This document shows positions 50,777-59,875 of a stretch of 64,000 bases of DNA, one piece after another (the stretch's first letter is position 1; each line of letters starts with the position of its first letter). The stretch is from Candidatus Micrarchaeia archaeon (GTDB lineage Archaea > Micrarchaeota > Micrarchaeia > Anstonellales > Anstonellaceae). The notes below the pieces were generated by a model. The model had not been told where the DNA came from. It did not search any database and worked only from the letters and a program-made list of their open reading frames with translations. A program made the translations under genes and the position numbers. The stretch covers positions 7,484 to 71,483 of the forward strand of contig JBAZYD010000008.1 of assembly GCA_041659465.1 (NCBI GenBank), given 5' to 3'.

Positions 50777-53104
50777 CTAGGATTCCAGCTTCCCTATTGC
50801 GTACCAACAAGCAAGCGCAACCAGCGCGCCCATGAAAACAAGCGGGTAAAGCCAGCCTGCGGGCTTAGGCTCGAGGGCAATATCGAACTTCCCGCGCGGT
50901 ATGCCGCTAACATAGACTGCATTGTCGTTGCCGTACGATACTGCGCATCCTTCTGCCCCACTGCACGCAAGCGCGCCCGGAAGCGAATCCCGCCTTATCC
51001 TGACTGTGCAGCTGCCGGCCAGGCACTCCCCCTGCACGCTTCCCCTGTCATAATCGAACGAATATCCGTCCAAGCGCGCATCGCCGCTTTCCAGTTTTGC
51101 CGCCCCCACCACGCCATTGAGGGCAAAGAGCCGGTTGCTTCCCCCGTAGGCGATTTCCTCCAGCCGCGTCTCGCTTTTGAAGCCCAGGTATTCCTGCCAT
51201 CTTGTGTTGCCGGATGCGCTGGCGACCAATTTGACATTGCCCAGGAGCAGGTACCTGCAGCGCGCTTTTGCCATTGCATTGATGATGCCATCTGAGGAAT
51301 CAAGCCCCGTGATGGCAGTCCTCTCCAACCCCTCATCGTAAATAGGATACTGGGAAACATCCGTCTTTCCCTGCACGAACACGCACCCATCCCCGGTTAT
51401 CCCGTATGCGGATTGGAGATCGGAATATTCCGCGGCAACGGCAAGCGATGCCGCCTCGTTGTGGTACTGGTCCATGGTGGACAGCGCCGTGGAGGCGAAA
51501 ACCACCGCGAGCGGGGCAAGGATGGCAAGGCAAAACGACACTGTTGCATCCAGCCTGTCGAGCTTCAGGCGCCCCCTGGCCTTTTCCACCCACGCAGCCG
51601 CAAGCTCAAAGGCAAGCAGCGCCCCTGCGCCGGAAATGAAAAAGACCGGCAGGAAAAAGGACGGCATGAACCGCAGGCCATCCATGAAGGGCGCGAGCCT
51701 GTTCATCTCAGGGCTTGTGGCAACGGCAAAGACAAGCGCGCAGGCGGCAAAAAGGAAGAGGAGGAACCTCTCGCGCCTTGAGACTGCCGCGGCCACGCCT
51801 GCGATGAAAAGCAGCGGCAGGATGAAATAGCCCAGCTGGAAAAAGCCCACCAGCGACCAGCCAATGCCCTCGGGGCTCGCCCCTCCCACAGCAGAACTTC
51901 CAAGGCCCCCATCATTGGCGGCAGAAATGGCAAACGGCGCAAGCAGGAATGCGGCTGCCGCTGCGCATGCAATGCCCAGGAGAATCGCCCTCCTGGCATC
52001 CGATGCAACGAGCGAAAGGGCGAGGAGCGCGCCCATCCCGATGGCAAGCGCCATGAATATTCTCTGGTTCGACGCGACTGCAAGCACAAAAAACAGGAGG
52101 GAAAGCCAAAAGCCGCGCCTCTTCCCCTCTATTGCAAATTCATATGCGAACAGGAGCGACAGCAGCGAGAGCGATGTGGCAAGGGTATGCGCGGTCATGC
52201 CGTACATGAACAGGTCCGCGCCTCCGCCCACCACCATGCCCTGGCTTGGGAGGAAAAGGTAAATCAGGGCTGCAAACAGGAAGGTGGCATCCTTGCCCCT
52301 TGACAGCTTGCGCGAAAAAAGCCAGAACACCGCAACCGGCAGGAAAAACAGGAGGATTTCCCAAAGCTTGTAGGCATACTGGCGGCTCGTCCCGGTCAAA
52401 ATATAAATGAGCGACGCAGGCATGGCAGAAAGGAACGTGTACTCTGCGTATGGCCACTGCAGGCGCTGCAGGTGGCTCGCCCCCACCATCACGCGGTGGA
52501 TGTGGAAAGGCGCGTCCACGCCGTAAAACGAGGAAGGCACTGCGGCGTTCGGGCTGGCCCGCCACCCTCCCTCCAGCCTGACGCTGACCGGGGCATCAAT
52601 GTGCGTTTCCATTGCCTTGTCGAAAAACGCGCGCCTGATTAGCCCTGCGCCTGATGGCTCTGCAAGCGCGGCTTCCTTTGCAAAGACCCCGACTGCAACA
52701 TCCCCCTCAGCCTCAACCGGGTAGTCCTTTCCCGCAACGCAGGGCGAGCAGGCAGCCTTCCCGTTCACCGTAATTTTTGTGACATTTGCGGTCTGGTCCA
52801 TGGATGCATAGGAAACTGACGCGACGCGCCCGTTGCCAGAAAACACGGCGCCTGCGCCCATGCCCTGCGCATGCGGCAGCTTGAAAAGAACGGCGTTCCC
52901 GGCAGCATATGCATGGCCGCTTCCGTTTGCCACATCCACTTCCTGGAAATGGAGCCCGGGTTCCAGTGCCCCCAGGCGGACCGCAAAAACAAGGCAGGAC
53001 AGGAGCACAATAATGGCTGGCAGGTTCGCGCCAATCCTCTCCACAATTTCCCTGGAAGGATGAGCCACTGCTTTCCATGCGCGGGGGGTTTTTTTCCCTT
53101 TCAC
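50777..53104 (-). CDS. large polytopic membrane protein, possible GT-C-type glycosyltransferase
   Basis: 775 aa with more than 10 TM helices between two soluble domains. The GTG start overlaps the upstream GT2 stop as GTGA. The functional guess comes from context only. Confidence 0.5.
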   Translation of the reverse strand: MKGKKTPRAWKAVAHPSREIVERIGANLPAIIVLLSCLVFAVRLGALEPGLHFQEVDVANGSGHAYAAGNAVLFKLPHAQGMGAGAVFSGNGRVASVSYASMDQTANVTKITVNGKAACSPCVAGKDYPVEAEGDVAVGVFAKEAALAEPSGAGLIRRAFFDKAMETHIDAPVSVRLEGGWRASPNAAVPSSFYGVDAPFHIHRVMVGASHLQRLQWPYAEYTFLSAMPASLIYILTGTSRQYAYKLWEILLFFLPVAVFWLFSRKLSRGKDATFLFAALIYLFLPSQGMVVGGGADLFMYGMTAHTLATSLSLLSLLFAYEFAIEGKRRGFWLSLLFFVLAVASNQRIFMALAIGMGALLALSLVASDARRAILLGIACAAAAAFLLAPFAISAANDGGLGSSAVGGASPEGIGWSLVGFFQLGYFILPLLFIAGVAAAVSRRERFLLFLFAACALVFAVATSPEMNRLAPFMDGLRFMPSFFLPVFFISGAGALLAFELAAAWVEKARGRLKLDRLDATVSFCLAILAPLAVVFASTALSTMDQYHNEAASLAVAAEYSDLQSAYGITGDGCVFVQGKTDVSQYPIYDEGLERTAITGLDSSDGIINAMAKARCRYLLLGNVKLVASASGNTRWQEYLGFKSETRLEEIAYGGSNRLFALNGVVGAAKLESGDARLDGYSFDYDRGSVQGECLAGSCTVRIRRDSLPGALACSGAEGCAVSYGNDNAVYVSGIPRGKFDIALEPKPAGWLYPLVFMGALVALACWYAIGKLES

Positions 53105-53985
53105 GTCTTCTCCCTCGTCTCGAGCATTTTCTTAAGGGTGTAAAGGTTCAGGCCGATGAGCACCATTATCATGCCCGCGATGCCGAAAAACACGGTGAGG
53201 AACGCAGAGCCGGTGGCAAGCTCGTGCCTCGTGTAAAACGTATCCACCACAAAAATCCCTAGCAGCGCGGAAACAACGAGCATCAGCGTGCCCATGCCTG
53301 CAAAAAGCGCAAGCGGGTTTTTCCTGATGAGCAGGCCTGCAAAATAATCCACGAGCCCCGCGCCCTGCGCGAACGGGTTGTTCTTCTCTGGAAAATATTT
53401 CACGTGCACCGGCACTTCCGCCACCCTCAGGCCCGCATGCTGCGCCGACGATACCATTTCCGCCCCGCCCGCATACCCGTCCGAGGCAACCGCCATCTTC
53501 CCGGCGGCCAATTTTGAAAAGGCACGGAAGCCGCACTGCGCGTCGACCTCCTTTTTCCCGTTGTGCGCGGATGTCAGCTTGTTGATGAATGCCACGCCCT
53601 CGCGCCTCCCGACCGGTGCCGAGACGAATTTCCCAAGGAAGCGCGAGCCTTGGCAAAAGTCCGCCCTTCCTTCAAGCACGGGCTGCGCCACTATCGGAAT
53701 CTCGCCGGCATCGTGCTGCCCGTCAGCGTCAACAATGACAAATGCATCGGCGTCCATCCCACGCGCGGCGGAAAGGGCGCTCTTGAGCGCAGCGCCGTAC
53801 CCTTTGTTTCCCCTATGCGCTATCACGCTTGCCCCTGCTTTGCGTGCAATCTCGGCGGTCCTGTCACCCGAGCCATCATCAATTACGAAAACATCGCCGT
53901 ATTTTTTCGAAAGCAGGACTGAGGAGCCTATGTTCCTCTCCTCATTGTAGGCAGGGATGAAAATTGCGATTTTCCCGCGCGTCAT
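53101..53985 (-). CDS. GT2 dolichyl-phosphate sugar synthase-like glycosyltransferase
   Basis: IFIPAYNEERNIG, VIDDGSGDRT, DADGQHD and two C-terminal TM helices. The ATG overlaps the topA stop as ATGA. Confidence 0.8.
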   Translation of the reverse strand: MTRGKIAIFIPAYNEERNIGSSVLLSKKYGDVFVIDDGSGDRTAEIARKAGASVIAHRGNKGYGAALKSALSAARGMDADAFVIVDADGQHDAGEIPIVAQPVLEGRADFCQGSRFLGKFVSAPVGRREGVAFINKLTSAHNGKKEVDAQCGFRAFSKLAAGKMAVASDGYAGGAEMVSSAQHAGLRVAEVPVHVKYFPEKNNPFAQGAGLVDYFAGLLIRKNPLALFAGMGTLMLVVSALLGIFVVDTFYTRHELATGSAFLTVFFGIAGMIMVLIGLNLYTLKKMLETREKT

Positions 53986-56309
53986 TTTTTCTCACCGGTT
54001 TTCCTTTTTTTCGAAGGAGCTTTCCTTTTCGCCTCCGCCTTTTTCACAGCAATCGGGGCTGCAATAGCTTGGGCTGCCATGGTTGCTGAGGGAGCCGCGC
54101 TTGCTGCAGCGGGCTGCGCCGCCTTTGGGCTTGGAATTGCCCGGGCTGCGCTTGCCAATGGCTCCGTTGCCTTTGCAATGGGCGCAGCGGCTATCGTTGC
54201 GGCTGGCGCCTTTGCCGCCCCCTTTGCAGTGCCTGCAGGCGCCGCCGCGGCTTTTGCCGCGGAAGAGGGCGCGCTCCTCTGGTAATTCGGAGAGCCCCAG
54301 TTCTTTTTGGTTTCACATGTCGGGTCAATGCACATCTCAAAGGGCTTTTTTGCCTTCCTTATCACGCGCACGAGCGGCGTGCCGCACTTCTCGCACGCCT
54401 TGCCAAGCGGCATTATCTTGGCTTCCTGCGGAAGCGGGTACGTCGCCTTGCAATCCGGATAGCCGGAGCAGCCCACGAACTGCTTGCCCATGCGCGAGCG
54501 TATCGCGCGCAGGTCCCCGCCGCACTTCACGCACTTGCCGAGCATGCTGTCCGCAAAATCCTTCTGCCGCAGGCCGGACAGCAGCCCGAAGCCAATGTCC
54601 TTCTCGTTCCCCTCGAATTTCTTAAGTATCGCATCAAGCACTTTCTTGCCATCCTCTATTGCCTTCTTCTCATTCTCCCCGTCGGCAATCTTCTCCATCT
54701 CCTCCTCAATCGACTTGGTGAGCTCCTCGTCCATGATTTCCGGCGCCACTTTTGCCAAGAGGTCATAGACTGCCAGCCCAAAAGGCGTCGCCCTGATGCT
54801 TTCACCCTCAAGATAGCCTCTCTTGAAGAGCGTCTCAATGACCGCCGCCCTTGTCGCCTTCGTGCCAAGGTTCATTTTCTCAAGCTCGGAAATTATGGAA
54901 GCGGCAGTATACCTCCTTGGAGGCTGCGTTTTCTTTTCATCCACTTTGAATCCGGACACCGCCACTTTCTCGCCTTCAACAAAGGCAGGGAGCGTGATTT
55001 CATCCATCTTCACGTAAGGCGCATACGCGTCGAACCAGCCCATCTCCACGGTCCTGCTGCCTGATGCGGCATAGTGCTCTGTCCCTGAAAGCAGCGACAC
55101 CTTCAAAGTCTCGCGCTTTGCAGGCTTGCCAAAGCAGGCCAGGAACCTTTTTGCAATCAGGTCGTACAGGCGCATCTCCTTGTCGCCCACCTGCCCTCCC
55201 TGCCCTGTCGGGTGTATCGCAGGGTGGGCTGGGTCTTCCTTCTTTCCCTCTGCAGGGGTGAACCTTCCTTCCGCAATCTGCGCCTTTGCGGTTTTTTCAT
55301 AAGCTGGGTTTTTGGAAAGCGACTCCACAATTTTTCTCAGGTTCAGCTTCGCCGGGAGCTTCTGCGAGCTTGTCCTCGGGTATGAAATCATGGATGCCTC
55401 GTAAAGCGTCTGCGCAAGCTCCAAAGTCCTTGCGGGCGCAATGCCCAATGCGCGGTGCGCCTCGACCTGCAGGCTGGTCAGGTCAAACGGCGGCGGCGGC
55501 GCCTGGAGCCAGTCCTTCCTCTCCACCTTTTCCACGCTGCCGTCCGCGGACGACGCCTTCATGGCGCCGTCGGCTTCCTCGCGCTTCTCAAACCTTCCCT
55601 TTACATTGTCGAACCTGACATCCTTTGCCTTGCACCAAAGTTCCCAGTATGGCTTTGAAACGAATGCGGAAATTTCCTTTTCCTTCTTGGCAAGGATTGC
55701 AAGCGCCGGCCCCTGCACCCTGCCTATGCTCATGGTCTGCTTGTAGCTTGCTCCTGCGCTCCTGATGGATGCCATGAGCGCGCGGGACAGGTTTATGCCA
55801 TAGTACCAGTCCAGTATGTGGCGCGCCTCGCCTGCAAGCGCATTTTCCACGTCAAGCTTCCCCCTCTCAAGATAGGCATTTTCCAGGTCATCTTGGGTGA
55901 GCGCCGAGAACTTCATGCGGCTCCCCACCTCTGTGCCGCAGGCAAACCGGAGTGCATTATAGCCGATAAGGCTTCCCTCCACGTCGTAGTCGCAGGCGCA
56001 GATGTACTCGTCAGCGCCCGGCGCGAGCTTCTTTATGGCATCCACGTATTTCTTGGTGTAGTCCGCGTCCTTCTCCACTTCGGAGCTTGGCGCCCATTCG
56101 ATATTGTAGACCGGATAGCCGCCCGTCCCTTCTGCCTGACGCAATGTGTACAGGTGCCCCACAGCCGAGACAACGACGATGTGCGCCCCGTCGCGCTCCA
56201 CTTCGTAATATGGCACGCCGTTTGCAGACTTCCTGTCAGCCTTCCCCCTACCTATGGCATACGCTATCTTCTCTGCAACCTTTGGCTTTTCGCAAATAAC
56301 AAGCTTCAT
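53982..56309 (-). CDS. topA: DNA topoisomerase IA with zinc ribbons and Ala/Lys-rich tail
   Basis: TOPRIM MKLVICEKP, DYDVEG, active-site ISYPRTSS, CVKCGG...CSGYPDC and CEKCGT...DPTC zinc ribbons, and a ~100-aa Ala-rich basic tail. Confidence 0.9.
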   Translation of the reverse strand: MKLVICEKPKVAEKIAYAIGRGKADRKSANGVPYYEVERDGAHIVVVSAVGHLYTLRQAEGTGGYPVYNIEWAPSSEVEKDADYTKKYVDAIKKLAPGADEYICACDYDVEGSLIGYNALRFACGTEVGSRMKFSALTQDDLENAYLERGKLDVENALAGEARHILDWYYGINLSRALMASIRSAGASYKQTMSIGRVQGPALAILAKKEKEISAFVSKPYWELWCKAKDVRFDNVKGRFEKREEADGAMKASSADGSVEKVERKDWLQAPPPPFDLTSLQVEAHRALGIAPARTLELAQTLYEASMISYPRTSSQKLPAKLNLRKIVESLSKNPAYEKTAKAQIAEGRFTPAEGKKEDPAHPAIHPTGQGGQVGDKEMRLYDLIAKRFLACFGKPAKRETLKVSLLSGTEHYAASGSRTVEMGWFDAYAPYVKMDEITLPAFVEGEKVAVSGFKVDEKKTQPPRRYTAASIISELEKMNLGTKATRAAVIETLFKRGYLEGESIRATPFGLAVYDLLAKVAPEIMDEELTKSIEEEMEKIADGENEKKAIEDGKKVLDAILKKFEGNEKDIGFGLLSGLRQKDFADSMLGKCVKCGGDLRAIRSRMGKQFVGCSGYPDCKATYPLPQEAKIMPLGKACEKCGTPLVRVIRKAKKPFEMCIDPTCETKKNWGSPNYQRSAPSSAAKAAAAPAGTAKGAAKAPAATIAAAPIAKATEPLASAARAIPSPKAAQPAAASAAPSATMAAQAIAAPIAVKKAEAKRKAPSKKRKTGEKK

Positions 56310-56388
56310 TCACGCTCGCCCCACGGGTTTCTCTTTTTTGCATAAACCTTTTAACCTGCGCCTGCGATATTCCTTCCGGGGTGGGGCA

Positions 56389-56640
56389 ATGGGTGGCAGG
56401 GGTCAGCTTTCCGCGGAAATGCTCGTTGTTTTGGTGGTTATCCTTGGGCTAGCCGTGATACTGGCAAGCACCATGCTCAAGAGCGCGAACAAGGCCGCAT
56501 CAAGCGCGGACGCCAAGACAGACGCGGTGCTTGCGGCATCCGACAAGGGCGTCACCAAGGGCGTGAGCGGCGACTACTGCGCAACGGATGCCGACTGCGC
56601 GTCGAGCAGCTGCGATTCCTATACGAACAAATGCGTATGA
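56389..56640 (+). CDS. type IV pilin-like protein (class III signal peptide)
   Basis: 83 aa from the internal ATG. MGGRG|QLSAEMLVVLVVILGLAV has a short basic leader, Gly, then Q-x-S-x-E and a hydrophobic helix. Confidence 0.6.
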   Translation: MGGRGQLSAEMLVVLVVILGLAVILASTMLKSANKAASSADAKTDAVLAASDKGVTKGVSGDYCATDADCASSSCDSYTNKCV

Positions 56641-56699
56641 GCGCAAGCGTGCCGCGCAACAGGGAACAATGCGTATGATTTGAAAAGGCGGCGGTAATT

Positions 56700-57143
56700 A
56701 TGCCTTGCCCCCCACATTCACGCGCGCAAGCCTCAATCGAAACCCTGCTCGTCTTCCTCATTTTCCTCTCGGCATTCGGCATAGTCTATGCAGCTTCCTC
56801 GCGCCTGGCATCAGCCTCGCAGTCGCGCCTTGACACGTCGCTCTCGCAGTCCTCGTTCTCCGATTTTGCGGCAAAGCTCCAGTCCGCCTGCTCGCTTGGC
56901 AGCGGGAACGTGCGCGAAGTGGAAGTGAAAGGAACGCCTGCAACACTCGTGCTGGCATCAGATGGTGCAAAACAGGCTCCCCTCGCGCAGGGCAGCGCAG
57001 GCAACTCCATCATCTTCACCGCTGGCAACTTTTCCGCGCGCGCAAGCTCAGGCTGCGAAATCACGCTTGCCGCAGGCGCGCCCGCGCGCTCTTTCCGGAT
57101 AGAAAACAGGGATGGCGTGGTTGAAATAACAACGCCCGCCTGA
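56700..57143 (+). CDS. type IV pilin-like protein (class III signal peptide)
   Basis: MPCPPHSRAQASIETLLVFLIFLSAFGIV has the same Q-x-S-x-E plus hydrophobic-helix pattern. Confidence 0.5.
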   Translation: MPCPPHSRAQASIETLLVFLIFLSAFGIVYAASSRLASASQSRLDTSLSQSSFSDFAAKLQSACSLGSGNVREVEVKGTPATLVLASDGAKQAPLAQGSAGNSIIFTAGNFSARASSGCEITLAAGAPARSFRIENRDGVVEITTPA

Positions 57144-57188
57144 GCAGATGATGGCAACCTTAATAAGAAACAGGCAAGAAATAGTGCC

Positions 57189-58070
57189 ATGTCTGACGAA
57201 GGAACTCCTTACCTCTATTTGGCGCTTACCATCCTTTTATGGTCTGCAACTCCTGCCGTGGCAAAGCTTGCATTGGCAGAAATAAACAACGTGCAGATGC
57301 TTTTCTACAATAACATTGTGGGCATAATTGTGCTATCTGCAATCATCATCTTCCAAAAAAAGCAGCGCCTGTTTTCAAACTACTCCAAAGGCGATTACCT
57401 CAAGATGCTCGGAATGGGGTTCCTTGGCCTTTACCTGTACTATATTTTCCTCTACGGCAGCTTCAGCATCGCACCCGCCGGCCAGGCCAACATGATAAAC
57501 TACCTATGGCCGGTTTTTGTGGTGTTATTCTCCATCCTGATTTTGAAAGAGAAGTTCACATGGAAGACGTTTCTTGCGATTTTTCTTGGTTTTTTGGGCG
57601 CCATTCTCGTGGTTACCCGGGGCAACCTCTCAAATTTGCAAAACGAATACACCTTTGGGTATTTCCTGGCCTTTTGCGCGGCAGCCTGCTACGGGCTCTT
57701 TTCAGTATTGGGAAAAAAGCTCAACTATGATAAATTCACCAGCATGCTTGTCTTCTATGTCGCGTCCCTTCTCCTGATAACGCCCACCATGCTGGTGTTC
57801 TCAAAATTCATCATTCCCCAGTCGCCAACCACGTGGCTCGTCATACTTTTCTTGGGAGGGCTGTCAAATTCGCTGGGATTTGTATTTTGGTTCAAGGCGC
57901 TTGAGAAAGGCAAGACCCACCGCATGGCGAATTTAATCTACATCACGCCATTTGTTTCCCTGATATATGTGTATTTCCTTAATGGAGAAGTAATCCCTGT
58001 AATTTCCATTGCTGGACTGGCGCTCATTATAGGCGGGGTGCTGTTACAGCTCAAAACCGGAGAAAAATAA
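57189..58070 (+). CDS. EamA/DMT-family transporter
   Basis: 293 aa, about 10 TM helices arranged as two repeats. TATA ttaataag (57160-57167) lies 22 nt upstream. AT-richer than its neighbours. Confidence 0.75.
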   Translation: MSDEGTPYLYLALTILLWSATPAVAKLALAEINNVQMLFYNNIVGIIVLSAIIIFQKKQRLFSNYSKGDYLKMLGMGFLGLYLYYIFLYGSFSIAPAGQANMINYLWPVFVVLFSILILKEKFTWKTFLAIFLGFLGAILVVTRGNLSNLQNEYTFGYFLAFCAAACYGLFSVLGKKLNYDKFTSMLVFYVASLLLITPTMLVFSKFIIPQSPTTWLVILFLGGLSNSLGFVFWFKALEKGKTHRMANLIYITPFVSLIYVYFLNGEVIPVISIAGLALIIGGVLLQLKTGEK

Positions 58071-58095
58071 TAGCTTAACCGCCAGCGAGCCCGGC

Positions 58096-58695
58096 CTAGC
58101 CCAAAAATTCCTTCACGAACGCAGCGCATGCCTTCTCATTCATGCCATCAAGCATGATGGAGCGCACTCCCGCGCCCTCCCCCGCCTGCATGTCCTCCAG
58201 ATTGTCGCCGACAAAAACAGCCTTGTCCGCGCGCACACCGAGCCTAGCAAGCGCAAGCCTTATCATCGTCGGGTCAGGCTTGACAGGCGCGTCACCGCTT
58301 GTCATCACAGCCTCGAAATATTTCTCGATGCCGATTTGCCGAAGCACCGCGATTGCGCTTGATTTCCTGTTGCTTGCTGCGGCAAGCCGGTAGCGCGCGG
58401 CAAGCGCAGGCACTTGCGCGGCAAGCATGGACGGTTTTACAAGCGCCATATTTTCGTTCGTAAGCTCCCGCAGCCTGTCAAGCATTGCCGCAAGCTTCGC
58501 CCTGTCCGCGGAAAGCGATGGCGCCAGCGCAATGAGCACGGATTCCGCCGAATGTGCGGAGGACATCGAGTCGATGCGCGCATCAGGCACGTCAAAGCCG
58601 AATTCCCTCATGAGGCATTTCGTATTGTGAGAAATCGCCTCGCGCGAATCCGCAAGCACGCCGTCGATGTCGAAAATAATCGCCTTTATTGCCAT
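58096..58695 (-). CDS. HAD-superfamily phosphatase
   Basis: MAIKAIIFDIDGVLADS (motif I) and VFVGDNLEDMQAG (motif IV). Confidence 0.75.
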   Translation of the reverse strand: MAIKAIIFDIDGVLADSREAISHNTKCLMREFGFDVPDARIDSMSSAHSAESVLIALAPSLSADRAKLAAMLDRLRELTNENMALVKPSMLAAQVPALAARYRLAAASNRKSSAIAVLRQIGIEKYFEAVMTSGDAPVKPDPTMIRLALARLGVRADKAVFVGDNLEDMQAGEGAGVRSIMLDGMNEKACAAFVKEFLG

Positions 58696-59774
58696 AAAAT
58701 CTTCCGGTTTTTCTCGGTTTCCCCGTCCCTGCACAGCAACGCCACGCGCGATGGTGAATGAATGTCCACCAATTTATATCCCGTCATCTTGGCAAGCTTT
58801 CCTGCAATGGCCTCGATTTCCTCCATCTTCAGCATGGACCCAAGCGCCAATCCCCGCGCAGGCTCGCGCGCGCCGCCCACAAACACCATGCTCTTCACTT
58901 CGACATAATGCGGCTTGGCAAGCTTAATCTGCGCGGCATAGCCCTCCAAGTCGCAGTCATTCACCCCGCGCGCAATTGTCATCCTAAGCACGGTCCTCGT
59001 TTTCTTCCCAATTTCCGGCATCATATCTAGCGTGCGCAGGTATTTTTTCCATAAGCCTGGCGTGGATGGGCGTATGAAGCGCCGGTAAACATCCTCGTTC
59101 GGCGCAACCATGGAGACATAGAACTGCGTTGGCAGCACTTTCCATTTTGCAACAGCTTCCGGCAATGTCCCGTTCGTGACGACAAACGTGGTCATGCCGC
59201 GCGCATGGAAATCAGCAAGCAGCCCGTCCATCTTAGGGTACATCGTGGGCTCCCCGGTAAGCGACAGGGCAACATGTTTTGGGGAAAGGGCTTCAACGTA
59301 TAGGGATTTTTTCACTTCCGGATTGCCTCCAAAGCCAGCCACCAGCGTTTTCTGAGCTTTCACCAGCCCGTCGGCAATGTCTTCCGGCTCCCCCCACGAA
59401 AAGCCTTTCACATCGCCGTATTTGTCCTCAGATTGGAGCTGCGGCTCCAATACAGACAAATTTCTCCGAAATTTGTCTCTTTCCGGCATCATCCTCCAGC
59501 AGAAGACGCACGCGTGGTTGCAGAACTGCAAAACTGGCGTGCACTGCAGGCAGCGGTGCGAGGAAATCCCATAGAACTTTGATTTGTAGCATTCGCCGCG
59601 CCCTTTGAGCGACTCGCCAGCCCAATGGCAAAGCTTCGCGGCTGAGTGCTCGCCCACCACGGCATACTTCTGGTTCACAAGCTTCGCGAGCATCCTGTCC
59701 GGCAGGCTGGCGTTCCTGCGCCTAAGCGCGTCATAGTGCTTCCCCTTTCCCAGCTTCCTCCTCTGCCTTGCCAT
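58686..59774 (-). CDS. taw1: tRNA 4-demethylwyosine synthase (Taw1/Tyw1, radical SAM)
   Basis: CNHACVFCWR radical-SAM CxxxCxxC plus upstream Cys residues. TATA gttttaaacc (59797-59806) lies upstream of the ATG at 59774. Confidence 0.85.
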   Translation of the reverse strand: MARQRRKLGKGKHYDALRRRNASLPDRMLAKLVNQKYAVVGEHSAAKLCHWAGESLKGRGECYKSKFYGISSHRCLQCTPVLQFCNHACVFCWRMMPERDKFRRNLSVLEPQLQSEDKYGDVKGFSWGEPEDIADGLVKAQKTLVAGFGGNPEVKKSLYVEALSPKHVALSLTGEPTMYPKMDGLLADFHARGMTTFVVTNGTLPEAVAKWKVLPTQFYVSMVAPNEDVYRRFIRPSTPGLWKKYLRTLDMMPEIGKKTRTVLRMTIARGVNDCDLEGYAAQIKLAKPHYVEVKSMVFVGGAREPARGLALGSMLKMEEIEAIAGKLAKMTGYKLVDIHSPSRVALLCRDGETEKNRKILWQ

Positions 59775-59875
59775 GTTCCCATTCCCCCTCACTCACGTTT
59801 TAAACCTTGTGGGGCAATACACGAACAGCAGTCTTCCGGGGATATTTTTTTCAATGCCCCCAAGAGCGTGAAAAA

